A stretch of 51,689 nucleotides of DNA, filler included, from Catajapyx aquilonaris (GCA_000934665.2; 3 parts of 3 records of this genome joined end to end with filler, not necessarily neighbours in it), one strand, 5' to 3'; positions 12,889-24,962 are shown, counted from the first letter of the whole stretch. A program made the numbers and translations. The notes: a model not told the origin generated them from the sequence alone.

Positions 12889-15349
12889 AATTAATATTCA
12901 GTGCTAGCACATTAAGTATGTGTACAGTTTCCAGTACATTAACTGCATCTATGACCATTAGGCCTACTATGAAAGGCTGGGAAACGAAGCATGTGCTTTG
13001 AAAATACACTCACATGACACTATATTCGTTGGAACCCCCCTCGCTACCGCGCAATATAAGAAGAAACCCAGTCTGAAAGTGCAACATATCGACCCATCTC
13101 CTGCTTATCCCCTTCTCTTGGTGAGACTCGAATTGGATTCATTACCCATCAGGGCTTTGGGCAAATAAGCCAACGGCAAGCCCTCCCCCTCATAGCTACA
13201 ATTCCACCATCGCTGTAAACACTTGGCCCGTGTTTTCTAGCACAAGGTGCAAAAGCATCAGGTTATCCCCACCACCACTCTCGTTCCGATGAAAATGGAC
13301 AAATCGGATTATCCCGCACTTGAACCAGGGGTTCCATCCTCCAATTATTACCCTTCTGTACTAATGAGAGTTTGGGTTTGGCCTCCCCCAGGCTTTCCCT
13401 ATACTTCCAACTCCGTTTCACTTCAAGTTCTGATTATTTCTCCTGGATCCTGTGGTACTGTAAACATAGAGTAATGGAATAACTGGCTTAAAAAAAATTG
13501 TGCTCGTGTCCACAATAAACTTTTCTTATTCCGTTCATAACTGTTTCGAAGCACGGATCCGTGATTTTTGGGTGTAAAGAACATTCGGCCAACCATCCCA
13601 AGTACCATTGAGTCAACTTCCGCAATTAGAAAGCTTTCGAGCAGAGCCACTCTTGAAAAGCCATATTGTACTTTGCACGCTAAACCTCTGGATTAACGGC
13701 TGGCGTCCCAAGAGCTATCTAACGTTTAGTTCCAGAGCAAATGTGGCCTCAATCCAACCTCATTCTCAAATTAGGTAGCTATAGACGCTGTGCAGCGCTG
13801 ACATGATGATAAGAGGCCCAAAGTTGTTTCTAAGCTATTTGGGACTCAAAGTTGCTTCTAGAAAGCTTTTAGGGTACGCAGGCAGATTAGAAACTGTCAA
13901 ACATGGTGGAAAAATGTTGCTGAGAAAGGAATTTGGATGGGCACATAAAGCCCAATATGCTTATGTAATTTCTTTTTAACTGTTACGAAATAGTTACACA
14001 CGGCATAAGATGCGATTGTAGATTGTGGCAACTTAGTTATGTTAGAGAACCACTACATCTTGCGAGTCAGACGCCATGTGAATGTGTGTTATACAAGTAG
14101 TACAAAGATGTTTTCTTGAAACAGTGACTTCTTGTTTTCAGTCATAGTTGTGATTTCAAAAATGGCTTTTCTCCAGTTGGGACATGTTTTAACTTATTGC
14201 ATTTTTGAACAATTAAACTATGAGTTAAAATGGGATCAATTCCAAAAACGATAATTGGCATCTAATTGGGGCCCACCTTGACATTAGTACTTTGACCTGG
14301 CGCAAAAATGTTGAAAACTGCCTCAGGTGTACACTCTAGAAAATAATGTGCCTCGTTCTTTTTATAAATGGATGTTTGCATAATTTTGAGTGTCCAGTTT
14401 ATTATTATCAATAAGGCAGGGAACTACGTCGAAATTAAATTCAGAATAAGTGATGAGCCCTTGTTATTCATTGTTGGTGATAATATTATATGATCAATAA
14501 TTAATAACAACTAACAAGGATCAACAACTTGTTCAGGGTTTACTATCAATCACGTACAGCCTAAAGCTGTGAACTTGTACGATTGATTGTCCTTTGTCCT
14601 TTAAAAGACACGAATTTATAACTGCAATAATAATTAACGTCATGAAATTTGTTACCGAAGCAAACAGGTGCATACGGTAGTTTAAGTAATCGGGCAAGAA
14701 ATATGCTTGTACAATTGCTCAATTGCAGCGGACTAATAAAATGTTAATGCTTTGTAAAATAGCTCATGAAGGCCGTGGTATTCACGATCGTAATGTTGAC
14801 GACGAAAAAACGCGCACGCAATGTCAAATTGACTCTCTTACTTCCGGACTTGCATAGTAATCATTACGTGCAACTAATTTCTCTGCCAGAAATCTCAACC
14901 ACAACGTAAACATTGTGTGCAGCAACCGGACAAAATTAACACGCTAAAAGTACCGGCACCTCGTATTACTTTCTTGCACTGTTTTCCACACTGAGATTGC
15001 AACGGTACATCGCAGCACAAAGCGAAAAATAATTTGTTTTCTGGCCACTTGTACATTCATTTGCCTGCTTCTACAACACATGTGAGGCGAATAGCGTGGC
15101 GCCGCAGTTAAAATGCAGTGTAGAAGGAATATGAGCATGTTCATTAGAAGGCACAGGGCGTATGTAAGGTGTTAAACGGGTAATACATCCCCAGGCGACC
15201 CTAACAAGTGTCTGCAACTACTCTTGTGTCACCGTAGCCAGAGCAGCCAGCCAGAATGTAGGAGTAATACTGTCCCTCTTCCTAGAAGGAGTGGGAGGTT
15301 ATTCACTCTGTAAGTTCAGTACACATTGTGTTCTCACACAGATTTGCGC

Positions 15350-15615
15350 TCAATAAGCTATGGGGACGTTGAAAACTCAACTTTTTGAAGCTAGTGTAAA
15401 CTAACCTAACCTACCCTACCCTACCCTAACTAACCTAGGTTGAGAGAAATTGACTTTTGTGAAACCCTGCAAATCGAAATTGTGGGGACATGTCCCCACT
15501 ATAACAGTAACGTTCTGGTGTGTCAAGATGTGGGAACCCAAAACGTCCCCACAAGAGAAATTGTGGGGTCCCCAAGTTAGTAAAAACACATACTTCCGGT
15601 CCCACAGCTTATTGA
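15350..15615. mobile_element. MITE-like element with internal (CCTAA)n-like tract and repeated TGGGGAC motifs
   Basis: Inverted ends TCAATAAGCTATGGGGAC and GTCCCACAGCTTATTGA; several internal TGGGGAC/GTCCCCA copies; CTAACCTAACCTACCCTACCCTACCCTAAC at about 15401-15437. Confidence 0.6.
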
Positions 15616-17145
15616 AGACAAGAAACAGTCCAGCTTACATTATCACTGTGACTTTGTCCGTATGTCACTGTGATACGTATTTACGACTCAGTCTTGCCTA
15701 GAGCAGTGCAGGTTAGTTCCATCCTTTCTACACATTCCTGTACTGTATACCGAAGTTCCAGGAGAAACATAATGTTCAGATGTGTTATGCTTTCCCAGTG
15801 AGACGATGTGCCTTGAGGGTTGTTACAAGGAATTAGGATATAAACAAGAAGCTCGGTTGAGTACGGTATACTCTTGCATGGTATAGTGAATAACCTCTGC
15901 AGCTGTAGACATTTTGAGCTTCATAAGTCTAGCATTATTGGTCCAAAAGGCGGTGGCAACAAAGTAGATTCCTTTTCGAGCCTCATTGGGTTCCGTTGGA
16001 TCCCCATCCTTTATCGAAATGGCGGCCACAAGGGCGAGAAGAAGGTTCGATGGCTGGCTGGAGTTGCTTAAATATTTCATTCCGAAGGCGTTGGGAAATG
16101 TGGTGGACGTCTGGAGAATCCCCGGGTGGAATACTAGAGGAAGTGGGATGCCATTCCTATACTATGATTCCCCCCTCGACTTCACCCTACTCCTACCTCA
16201 CCCTCCTACCCAATTCCTCTGATCTCATTAAGGGGATATTTGTGTACAGTGCAGGGGGTAAATAGGTTGCGGGGGATTCTCGGTGGGACTTGGAAGATCG
16301 GATCACGAATCAGGAAACCGGCTACAGTTTATAAGGGATAGTGGGAATACCAAAAATGTTGGATATGATATTGGCGTTGCAGTGTTTCCCAGCCAGCAAC
16401 AAAGCTGGGAAATCATGCGTGTGTCCCTGAAAAGTGCGTGACCGTTTGGTTCAACTTTGGTTTGTGGGCTGATTCATGTTGTTTCAAAATCCATCTACCC
16501 ATAAACAGGGCTTGAACCAAGTGGGGATCGCGCACAATTAGCGCAACAAAGGTGCCGCTCGAGCTTGCAAATAAACGGTGCCACTGAAAAAGAGAACATA
16601 TTTCACGCCATAGTACATGCTACAGTACCCACGCCCAATTACCAGACACTGTATTGTAACAGCAGCACGCTGATGGTATTTCCATTAGATGTATTTTCCA
16701 AACTGTCTGTCGGTGTCATTTTCGAAGAAACAGTGACGGTATGTCACGTTTTACCTGCTGTGTAATTGTAAACAAGGCCGTCAGCTTCCATCCATGGACG
16801 TTGCCATTAGGCTCGTCCATTTTCAAGTTAATAGAATGGCAACAGACGTCCAGCTAATGACTTTTGTTCTCTGTGGAGACCTGTCAGGGCATCAAATAAT
16901 CATAGTCCTGAAATCTGCTGACGAGTTCCATAAACTGGTGACATTCCAATGTCACAGGCTGCTTCCTCGAGTTGATTCATTTAAAGGGGAACTGCAATCG
17001 AAACCCAATTTTTGAGTAGTGAATTAGCGCTGTAGGCGTTCTAGCACAGGAAATAACGCACTTAATTTGCATTCACACGTAAAACTGGTTAACCCGCGGT
17101 ATGTGTGGCAGCACATGCGGGATAAAGGCGATTAACCACCGTTCT

Positions 17146-17245
17146 NNNNNNNNNNNNNNNNNNNNNNNNNNNNNNNNNNNNNNNNNNNNTTAATTAATTA
17201 ANNNNNNNNNNNNNNNNNNNNNNNNNNNNNNNNNNNNNNNNNNNN
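17146..17245. other. Assembly gap with artificial all-frame stop linker
   Basis: 44 N + TTAATTAATTAA (17190-17201) + 44 N = 100 bp, an identical construct to 34409-34508. Confidence 0.97.
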
Positions 17246-17341
17246 GTACGCTATAAGACAAGCAGGTAATCTATCACAGATATGTACCCCTATCTTTACC
17301 AGCACCCCAACATACCCGGGCAACGCCGGGTAACCTGCTAG
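17246..17341 (+). mobile_element. Helitron 3' terminus
   Basis: GC-rich hairpin ACCCGG-GCAACG-CCGGGT (17314-17331), followed 6 nt later by CTAG (17338-17341) and then T. This is the canonical Helitron 3' end; the upstream part is lost in the gap. Confidence 0.8.
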
Positions 17342-17743
17342 TTAATAATAATGTAATGAAAATAAGGTAAGGCATATATTTATTTAAGCAGTTAGCGTAC
17401 GTAATTCCGCATAAAGTGTAGAGATGATAGATACACAAAATAATATTCTAAATAATGTGTGACTATTGTCACACATGGATTCCAGTTACACGCATAGCTG
17501 CTCATAATGAATTATTCACTTATAATTTTATTTCGGGGTTCTGTTACGTCCTTGGGTTTTTTGTGTAGGGGATCGGGCACTGCAGCACGTCGGGCCGGAT
17601 ACGTGTTCAAAATATGAAGGCTGTACTTGCAACGGTTTTTGAGATATTCTTGACAGAAAAACGTCCTCCCAACGACAAGGAAAATTTTCATTGTTGTTTT
17701 TGCACGAGGATCTTACTTATAGGGACTATCGTCCATACAATAA
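17342..17743. repeat. ~400-bp arm segment of a foldback element; reverse complement of 32912-33316
   Basis: Colinear reverse-complement match with scattered mismatches from TTAATAATAATGTAATG to CTTACTTATAGGGACTATCGTCC.TACAATAAT. Confidence 0.92.
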
Positions 17744-17801
17744 TTAATTATGCACAAAGTTACATCGTTAAAATAAAAGAGTGGAGGTCTTTATCATTAC
17801 T

Positions 17802-18640
17802 ACTCGCTTTGCGAGGTGGGGGGGCTCCGCCCCCCCACACCCCCCCTTGGGGCTGCGCCCCAATTGGCGCGCCTTCGGCGCTACGCGTTCCCGCCCGGGC
17901 CTACCCGGTACCGCTAGAGAGCTGGCAACAATAACCCGGAGTATGTCGTCAACAGAGTCACCAATGAAGCATGACAAATACCACACCTGCAACAATCAAC
18001 CAACCCACCAACCAGCCAATCAACCAACAACAATGAGTGCGCCCCACTTGCGCGCCTTCGGCGCGAATTGGTCCGGTGCAAGTGCAGCCGGCCGCCCCAC
18101 ACTTCCTCCGACACTCTCCGACGCGTACACAGCAAGTATTTTTACGCCAACATGGGTCGGAGCGAGGTGGCATCCGTTTACAGGACACCCGTGACGTCAC
18201 TACTGAAGGTGTGGAGTATAATCAGAATGCGCCCTAGCTGACGTATCGTGAAAAGGCAACATGACGCAATAACAGATGACGTGGTGGCGGCGGTGGGTAG
18301 GGGAGGAGGATTCGAGGGGGCCCCCGTGGGAGGTAGTGGGTGGTGCTGGTGCAGGCGATGGTGGCTCTCGTCTGTTGGCCGCTCGGGGAACCGGGGGAGT
18401 TTGCGGATATATTAATTTCGCGATCTCGGGTTTGCGTCTACATTTAATTTGGCGATCTCGAAAACGGCTGGGAATTTTGCGATTATGAGGATTTTTTGGG
18501 ATCGGTATACCGGAAGCTAGAAATCAAGTCCGAGATCTCTGCGACGCCGGGAAGTGCGAAATCTTTTTCATCCTCCTCCTCCTCGTCGGATAGGGGCTTT
18601 ATATATATTAGACTCGCTTTGCGAGGCGGGGGGGGGGCTT
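17802..18640. repeat. GC-rich repeat region bounded by ACTCGCTTTGCGAG hairpin motifs (possible Helitron/Helentron-type non-autonomous elements)
   Basis: ACTCGCTTTGCGAG occurs at 17802-17815 and 18612-18625, and inverted at 20598-20611. GCGCGCCTTCGGCGC occurs twice, and AACCCGGAGTATGTC is shared with 20625-20639. Confidence 0.45.
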
Positions 18641-18660
18641 TTAATTTATAATTTATAATC

Positions 18661-18742
18661 ATTGTTGACAAACAATGATTGCTATGGCAATTCTTGTTAT
18701 ACCCGAGGTTCTAAGATATACTGAGGTCGGTGCAACTGGCCC
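18661..18742. mobile_element. Truncated copy of the small TIR element at 46310-46455 (Harbinger-like end)
   Basis: ACAATG.TTGCTATGG..ATTCTTGTTATA.CCGAGGTTCTAAG...AGGTCGGTG.AAC is shared between the two loci. This copy ends ...GGCCC followed by TAA. Confidence 0.65.
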
Positions 18743-18779
18743 TAAGGCATGTCCTGACTCTACAAGAACTATTATTTAT

Positions 18780-19144
18780 TTACTGGTAACTAAACAACGC
18801 TGCCTGTTGACCTGTCCCAGTTGCGCCAACTGCGGCCAACAATGAACAGACCAGAAGGCCTATTTATTGACACACCAGGGTCTGTCCAGTTCCGACGGAT
18901 TAGGCCTGTGGTTTGGCAGCTAGTGACATCATGTGAAACCCTCCAGCGAACACCAGAACAGGCCTGTTTCCCACGGATGACCCTTTTTCCCTCATTAATA
19001 TTGTTACATGGGCATTGGACCTAATATCAGCAGGTGCTATTCCCGATTCTCCAGAAAGTATCTCTTAGCAACGACCTGCTTATAAACAAGCAGCTTGCGC
19101 GATTTTTCCAATAACTGTTGGTGCCATAGAGTTGGATCACCCTG
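18780..19144 (-). mobile_element. Possible Tc1/mariner remnant (single TA|CAGGGTG terminus plus decayed transposase N-terminus)
   Basis: The minus strand begins TA-CAGGGTGATCCAAC at about 19146-19131. Downstream translation ...WRNWDRSTGSVV resembles the mariner HTH F..TGSV motif. No second TIR was found. Confidence 0.35.
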
Positions 19145-21654
19145 TATTATTATTTACTTGTTATTGGTATGACCCTTTGAGACATATTTCGATTGTGGCG
19201 TGCCACTAACGAAATGAATATTATGTACTCAAAATGACTTTGCAATCCCACCATTTTCGTACCCCAGGTGATCGACTTGGACCCTTTTATTCTTACAAGC
19301 CATTCAGCTGTAGGAAATGCCAGGAAAGTGGGTGGGAGCGGTGGGGGAGGCCGACTGAGACTAACCACGTTCAAAATCAAAACAAACATACCTTTAATCA
19401 CGTCCCCGCTTCTCGTTTCCCTTTTCCATTCCCCTTTTTGGCGTATCCTTGGCAGCGCATACCTTTAATCTTGGACACTTCCGCGTAGCTTGGAATAGAA
19501 GGGAGGGCGTGAGAGGGGTCGGGGAAGAGGGACTCATATTACTTCAAGGCCAATCACCATCCACACCGCCAAGCAACTATTATCCATAACATCATTACTT
19601 CAAATAAAAATGTTACATAAACAATCGACTCTGAAAATTTGGAATCCATAGTATTATCTGCCAACCACTATACCGATGACAATCATGAGAGCATAATAAT
19701 ATTGTGGCTACCTATAATGCCAAATTTGAACCCTCCTGGCAATATTTTTATGAGGTCATCTTAAGGGCCACAAATTTGGGTTAAGTTAATTGAACATTGA
19801 AACTGAAATATTGGAAGAGAACATCCTACTCACGTTTGCAGTAATATCTGGTCGTGTGCTGCTTAAGCGACATTTTTCCAACATACCGTTGTGTTTCATA
19901 ATAGCAACCTATCATCCCTATCGGCGCGCGGCGTACAATGAATGTCTCTCCCGCGCGTACTGTAAAGGTACAAAGAAATCAATCAATTCCCAAGAAATGG
20001 AATTGAGGCGTCGGCGGGCAAAACACCCATAAGTCCAAAATATTCATTTCCGGGATAAAATAACAGCTGGACAGTCCAGCCATCTAGCTACAGGAACATA
20101 CGATTGTCAACCGGAAAAACCCCATACAACGCCTAAAAATAAATGCTGAAAATAGAGGGTTTCCGTAAAATTCCCTTTATGTCCAAGCAGTTTTTCGTGT
20201 TTTTCTCAAAACTGCCTCGGTGTGACTAAAGGCCATTTCACAAAAAAAAAAACCGCGGCAAACGGCGCGCGTTGCGGCATATTTATTATTTCTATTTATT
20301 ATTGCCAATAATTAATAATAATTGGCGGGGCAGGCGTTTGCCGCTTGACGCTGCCGCAAAATCTTTTTGTGTTTTGGCCTTAACGGGGTTTTTCCCGCCG
20401 ACGACGCGACGCGACGCCTCGATTGAGAGAGAAACGGCTGGGGCCTCAGAGGAGGTGAGTGTGGATCTGTGTCGCGGGTACCGGGTACCGGGACACCCTC
20501 ATCTCCTCCCTGCTCCGCGCCGGGGTAGGGAGTGGGCATTGGCGCCTGTCCGGGCCGCGTTTTTTTTTTTTTTTNGGGGGGAGCGGAGCCCCACCGGCTC
20601 GCAAAGCGAGTCCCTGATTTATAAAACCCGGAGTATGTCTGGTGGAACGCTTGCGCGCAAACCACTGTTCTTCTTTGTGATAAACTCTGAACCTCCGGTC
20701 GCCGCGCCGTTCTTTCAATATGCCCTAGATGCCTAGAATATACCGTTGTCGGTGAAACCGGCCATAAGAAATAAGATTGCAACTTGCGGAGTACGGGGCA
20801 CATAACAAATATGTAATGAGAAAATTATTTCATGTTTTTCTTTAGGCCACAGAGAGTGACAAGTCACGTCCGTGGCGTGTCCCAACCATCACTTTCATAG
20901 TTTTGTCAATTTTTATGCAATGCATGAGATGTTATGTCACTTTTTATATTAGAGTAATGGAGAAAGGAATACTGAAGGTAAAGGCTAGTCCATTCTTTGT
21001 CCCGAAGTTCCAAATTGCGTCGATTTTATTGCCAGATGAATTTTGTCCCACGGTTTCTCGTCACGTCCGTGGACAAAAACCAAAACGGTTATAAAATCAT
21101 CCAGGAAGCAGCAATGTGCAGGATTTTTGTCTTTTCGCCTGCTGATGCAGCCATATTGAGACGCTGAATCAAAAACCTGTTGTGTTGTGTTGTGTATTGG
21201 GGCTGGTAAGAAGGACTCAGGCTGATGAATAAAACAGGTGTATTGCAAGTATCAATAGGAGCTCGAGAACAGACCAGCTACTCGGTCTGTTCCTACATAG
21301 TTACAAGACAACAACAAGTCATAGTTGTCTGGCAACTGGTGGTTACAGTAATGTCAGAACACAACAGTTGGTTGCTTGAAGGTGTAAGGTGGCGAGATTA
21401 AATGTGATGACGCAATCCAGGAGTAAAGCAAAAAAAATCCAGGAATGCGCTGTATCAGCCACGAGTTTGCTATTAATAGGGATAGATATTTCCCAAAAAT
21501 GTAGCAGGGGTCTGACCGTGACGCGTCAAAGTTGGATAACAGACCCATTATGTAGATACTCAGCCTCCAGTAGAAGAATAGAGTATGATGACACTCTATC
21601 AATGCCCATTGTATGGAAGGGGGTGGAATAGCGAGGAGCATCTTCACCCGTAAG

Positions 21655-21764
21655 CAGGGATGGAAAAAGAACCGCTTCTTGGAAGGAAGCGGTTCTTTTT
21701 TCCAACCCTGAACATGGAAAAAAGAACCGCTTCCTTCCAAGAAGCGGTTCTTTTTCCATCCCTG
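21655..21764. mobile_element. 110-bp hAT-type MITE
   Basis: TIR CAGGGATGGAAAAAGAACCGCTTC... pairs with ...GAAGCGGTTCTTTTTCCATCCCTG. A perfect 8-bp TSD CCCGTAAG lies at 21647-21654 and 21765-21772. Confidence 0.92.
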
Positions 21765-21898
21765 CCCGTAAGACAATGGAGAATAACCAGATTAGACTTC
21801 AAGACCTTAAGATAGCTGACCAGCCGGCCAGCCGGCCAGCGGGCTAGCAGCAACCAACACCGAGGGGAGAAGAGCAATAGACAGCTGAAGAAGAAGAA

Positions 21899-22165
21899 GG
21901 TTTGGTTTGGTTTATTCGGAAGAAGCCAAAGCAACTATGGCTATCTGGCTGTAAGAAGAAGCAAAGGTGGGACAGATGGAGAGAGAAACAAAGAGGAAAA
22001 AGAAGAGAGGAAAGACTGGCATCTCTCTTAGTCTGTCTCCTATCCCAAAGACCTGTCCGGCTTGGGTGGCCCTACCAGTAGACAAAGCTACCGCCGGCAT
22101 AGCTCTTGGGGTCATGGGAGAAACGCAAACCCCACCACCACGATAAGGTGGAGATACCATCGGGG
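21899..22165 (-). mobile_element. ORF-less non-autonomous retroelement: conserved LINE 5'UTR motif fused to a LINE 3' tail
   Basis: The minus strand reads CCACCTTATCGTGGTGGTGGGGTTTGCGT...ATGACCCCAAGAGCTATGCCG...GGTAGGGCCACCCAAGCCGGACAGGTC, the motif I recall from RTE/BovB-type 5'UTRs. A pyrimidine tract follows, then a tail ...GATAGCCATAGTTGCTTTGGC...AATAAACCAAACCAAACC. No TSD was identified. Confidence 0.7.
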
Positions 22166-23263
22166 GGAGAAGACCCTGAGACTACCCTGAGACTACGATA
22201 TAGGACTGCGGGAAGGACCACCCTAACTGGAGGAGGCTGGGGACGCTAGGAGTCGTCTAATCCAGTCCCTACCAAAACCGTAAACGGAAGGGGTGAGATC
22301 CAGCCTGAATTTTCAAGTGAGCGGAAGTCGGGTCATCACCTGATGACCTCTGACCCCGTCTCATCACCTTCAAGGCGTGTAATTCTGCTCTAAACGTCAG
22401 ATTTAGTTAAGTGTCGAGATCAGTGCGTCACATCTGTGGCACCTGGTAAATGTAGGTAAGCAGTTCAAATTTCAATTTTTGCTCAAGTACGTGTGCTATT
22501 AGGTACTGTACAAAGAGCTTACTCATTTGAAATAAAAGTTTGTAACCTAAACTTACCATGTTTTACGCGGAATAAACAGAGAGTTCGTCACGTCCGTGGA
22601 CACTACCCATCCACAGGCGCCCCTAGACGGGGTCAGATGTTCAAGGACATGATTTTAATAACCTATTTGAATGTTTTGAACCATCTATACCATGTTTCTA
22701 ATGCACTCATAGCTGTACACTACTTATTGTCAGATGTAAGCATTCGGTCGGATAGGTCTCGAGTATACTCTGAATTTCCACATTTCTTGTTTCATTGCAT
22801 TTGAAGCTATTTGAAGTATTACTTACATTATATTGCGAACTGTGCTAGCCACTTGGTTCGGTTCTACACCCTGTGCCACACTTAGTTCGTCAAGGTGAAG
22901 TAGACTCTGTATTCTTAACTGTGTGTATGTAGCTGTAGATATAGAATTTTTATAATTTATTTTTAAAAATGTGAAATATAAGTCTACGATCTCGGCCGTT
23001 ATTTTTGTGGGAACACCCGAAGTAATAACTATTTTTATTTAAAAATTATTTTTGAAGAGACATTTTCATTGATAATTTGTTTACATGAAATTGCACCTTT
23101 TTCACTATTGACCCATATACGGTACGGATGAGAGTAGACCTATGTTAAATAATATTACGAAGCAGGCGGCATATCGTCGGAATTCAGGAGAAAGGTTAAT
23201 TTTTAGGCCATTTTATAAATTTTACAGGAGAGGCGAAAATAGATTGAAAGTATAGGAGGGCCA

Positions 23264-23870
23264 GTCAAACATATTCAGACAGAATTTTATGTGATAAAGA
23301 GAACTACTTCATGACTCGCGGCGAATGGCATCGTGTCCAGTATATGGATTGAAGTATTAGAACACCAATTCTTGTTCGAATATTCCAAATTCCCAGGCGA
23401 TGGTGACAGCGGAAGTAGACGTAGGTTCACATTCGCCTCCGCTCTGCCAGAGGTCGGCCGTGAGGACAAAAATTCACCGTTGAGGTTTTGCATCCGTTTG
23501 AATAAAACAGACAAAAAGGTGTACGACATGCTAAGATTGTGAACAGCAGATACTGGTCGCCATGTGAGGCTACAATAGGCCTACGTTGCAACTCTTCGCA
23601 TCCTCCATTGCTGTTGTCTTCAAATGGAAGCAAAACAGCCGACCTTCTGGCAGATCGAAGGCGAATTATTATGAACCTAGATCTACTTTCTGTGTTACGT
23701 ACCTTCGCCTGGGATCGTGAAATATTCGAAGAAGAATATTATGGTGTTCTAATACTTCAATCCATTCTGGACACGATTCCATTCACCGCAAGACATGAAC
23801 TAATTCCAGTTATCGCATAAAAAATCAGTCTCCGTAGCCACCGTAGACAAGGAAGCCGCCATGTTTGACA
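23264..23870. repeat. Old degenerate long inverted repeat (foldback/MITE relic)
   Basis: 23264-23461 aligns to the reverse complement of 23636-23870. Shared blocks include ATCGTGTCCAG, GGATTGAAGTATTAGAACACCA, TTCGAATATT, TCCCAGGCGA and TCTGCCAGA. Confidence 0.85.
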
Positions 23871-24962
23871 TTGACGCCGGCCGATTACCATGGTCACAAA
23901 TCTCAGAAGTGTTCTATCTGCTGGGCGAAAAAAGCTGCCGTGTCCCCCGAACCTTTCCAGCCCTTCCCCGGGGCAGTGTCGCCCCGATGTCGTTCCAAGT
24001 GAACCCCCGCTCCTTAGTGGAGGCCCCGGCTACAATTTCAGAGGTATACCGTATTTCGTGCCTATTCACCTGATAATACGCCCAAAAACGACTAGATAAG
24101 TCGAAATACGGCCGCGTTCGAACGAGAAAACCACATGTTTTCCTCCTTAACCCGCCCAAATCGCGAGGTTAAAGTTCACCCGAGATTTAACTGCAGGTTT
24201 TAGAAAAAAAAATGCGTTGATACAACGAGTTTGTTGTTAATCACGGATTTTCTGCCTAGTAACCACAAGTTTAGTGAAAACTTGCTTTGATTAGATACAA
24301 CCGGCCCTTAGTCCTCCTTTTTAACACGGCTAAATGCAGGAATTAAAATTTAAGCACTGCAAGTAGATACCGGTGCTGCATTTGCACCCCAGATGTAAGT
24401 TTGGCCTACGGATAAAAAATTAAGATTAGACTCTTGCATTACCAATATCACATTAGCACAATCATGTCTTCACCAATATATGCAGATTCTCATGTATACA
24501 AAAGTGCTCGGATGCTGGAAGCGACCATTTTCAGCACATGCCCTTGGCAGACCAGTCCTTGTTTTGCAACATACAACGTAAGCACATGTCAATTAGGGAA
24601 CTTTACAGTCATTTTAAAAGTTATTGAGGAATGCTTAGGCTTCCTAGAGAGCATGACCCTGTATCTCATGAAAGGATCCATCAGAAGGGGCAGGTAGCGC
24701 CTCGGCCCCGTAAAACGCATTCGAATGCGCCGAATAATTAATTTATTCTCTCTGCAAGTCGGACATTCGTCACGGCGGCTGCCATTTCTCGTGTGTCTCT
24801 AGCTACTCATCAGATCTATGTTAAAAGCACCTAAACAGAAGCACGAAAATAATTACGTCCGCCCGAAGTTAAGAGTCAGACGAACCTCGAAACAGTGGCT
24901 CAGTGGCTAATAGCGAGACGAAAATTCCACCCAAATGATTCGACTCTCCTAACTACAGTATA

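Noticed and set aside
17190..17201. Palindromic TTAATTAATTAA, repeated at 34453-34464
   Set aside because: Centred in exactly 44+44 Ns both times; it is an artificial scaffolding linker, not biology.
22225..22275. Minus-strand GTCCCCAGCCTCCTC resembling the HDV ribozyme P2-P3-L3 segment, upstream of the LINE 5'UTR motif
   Set aside because: The bases after the loop (CAGTT) cannot close P3, and I could not build P1, P1.1 or J4/2.
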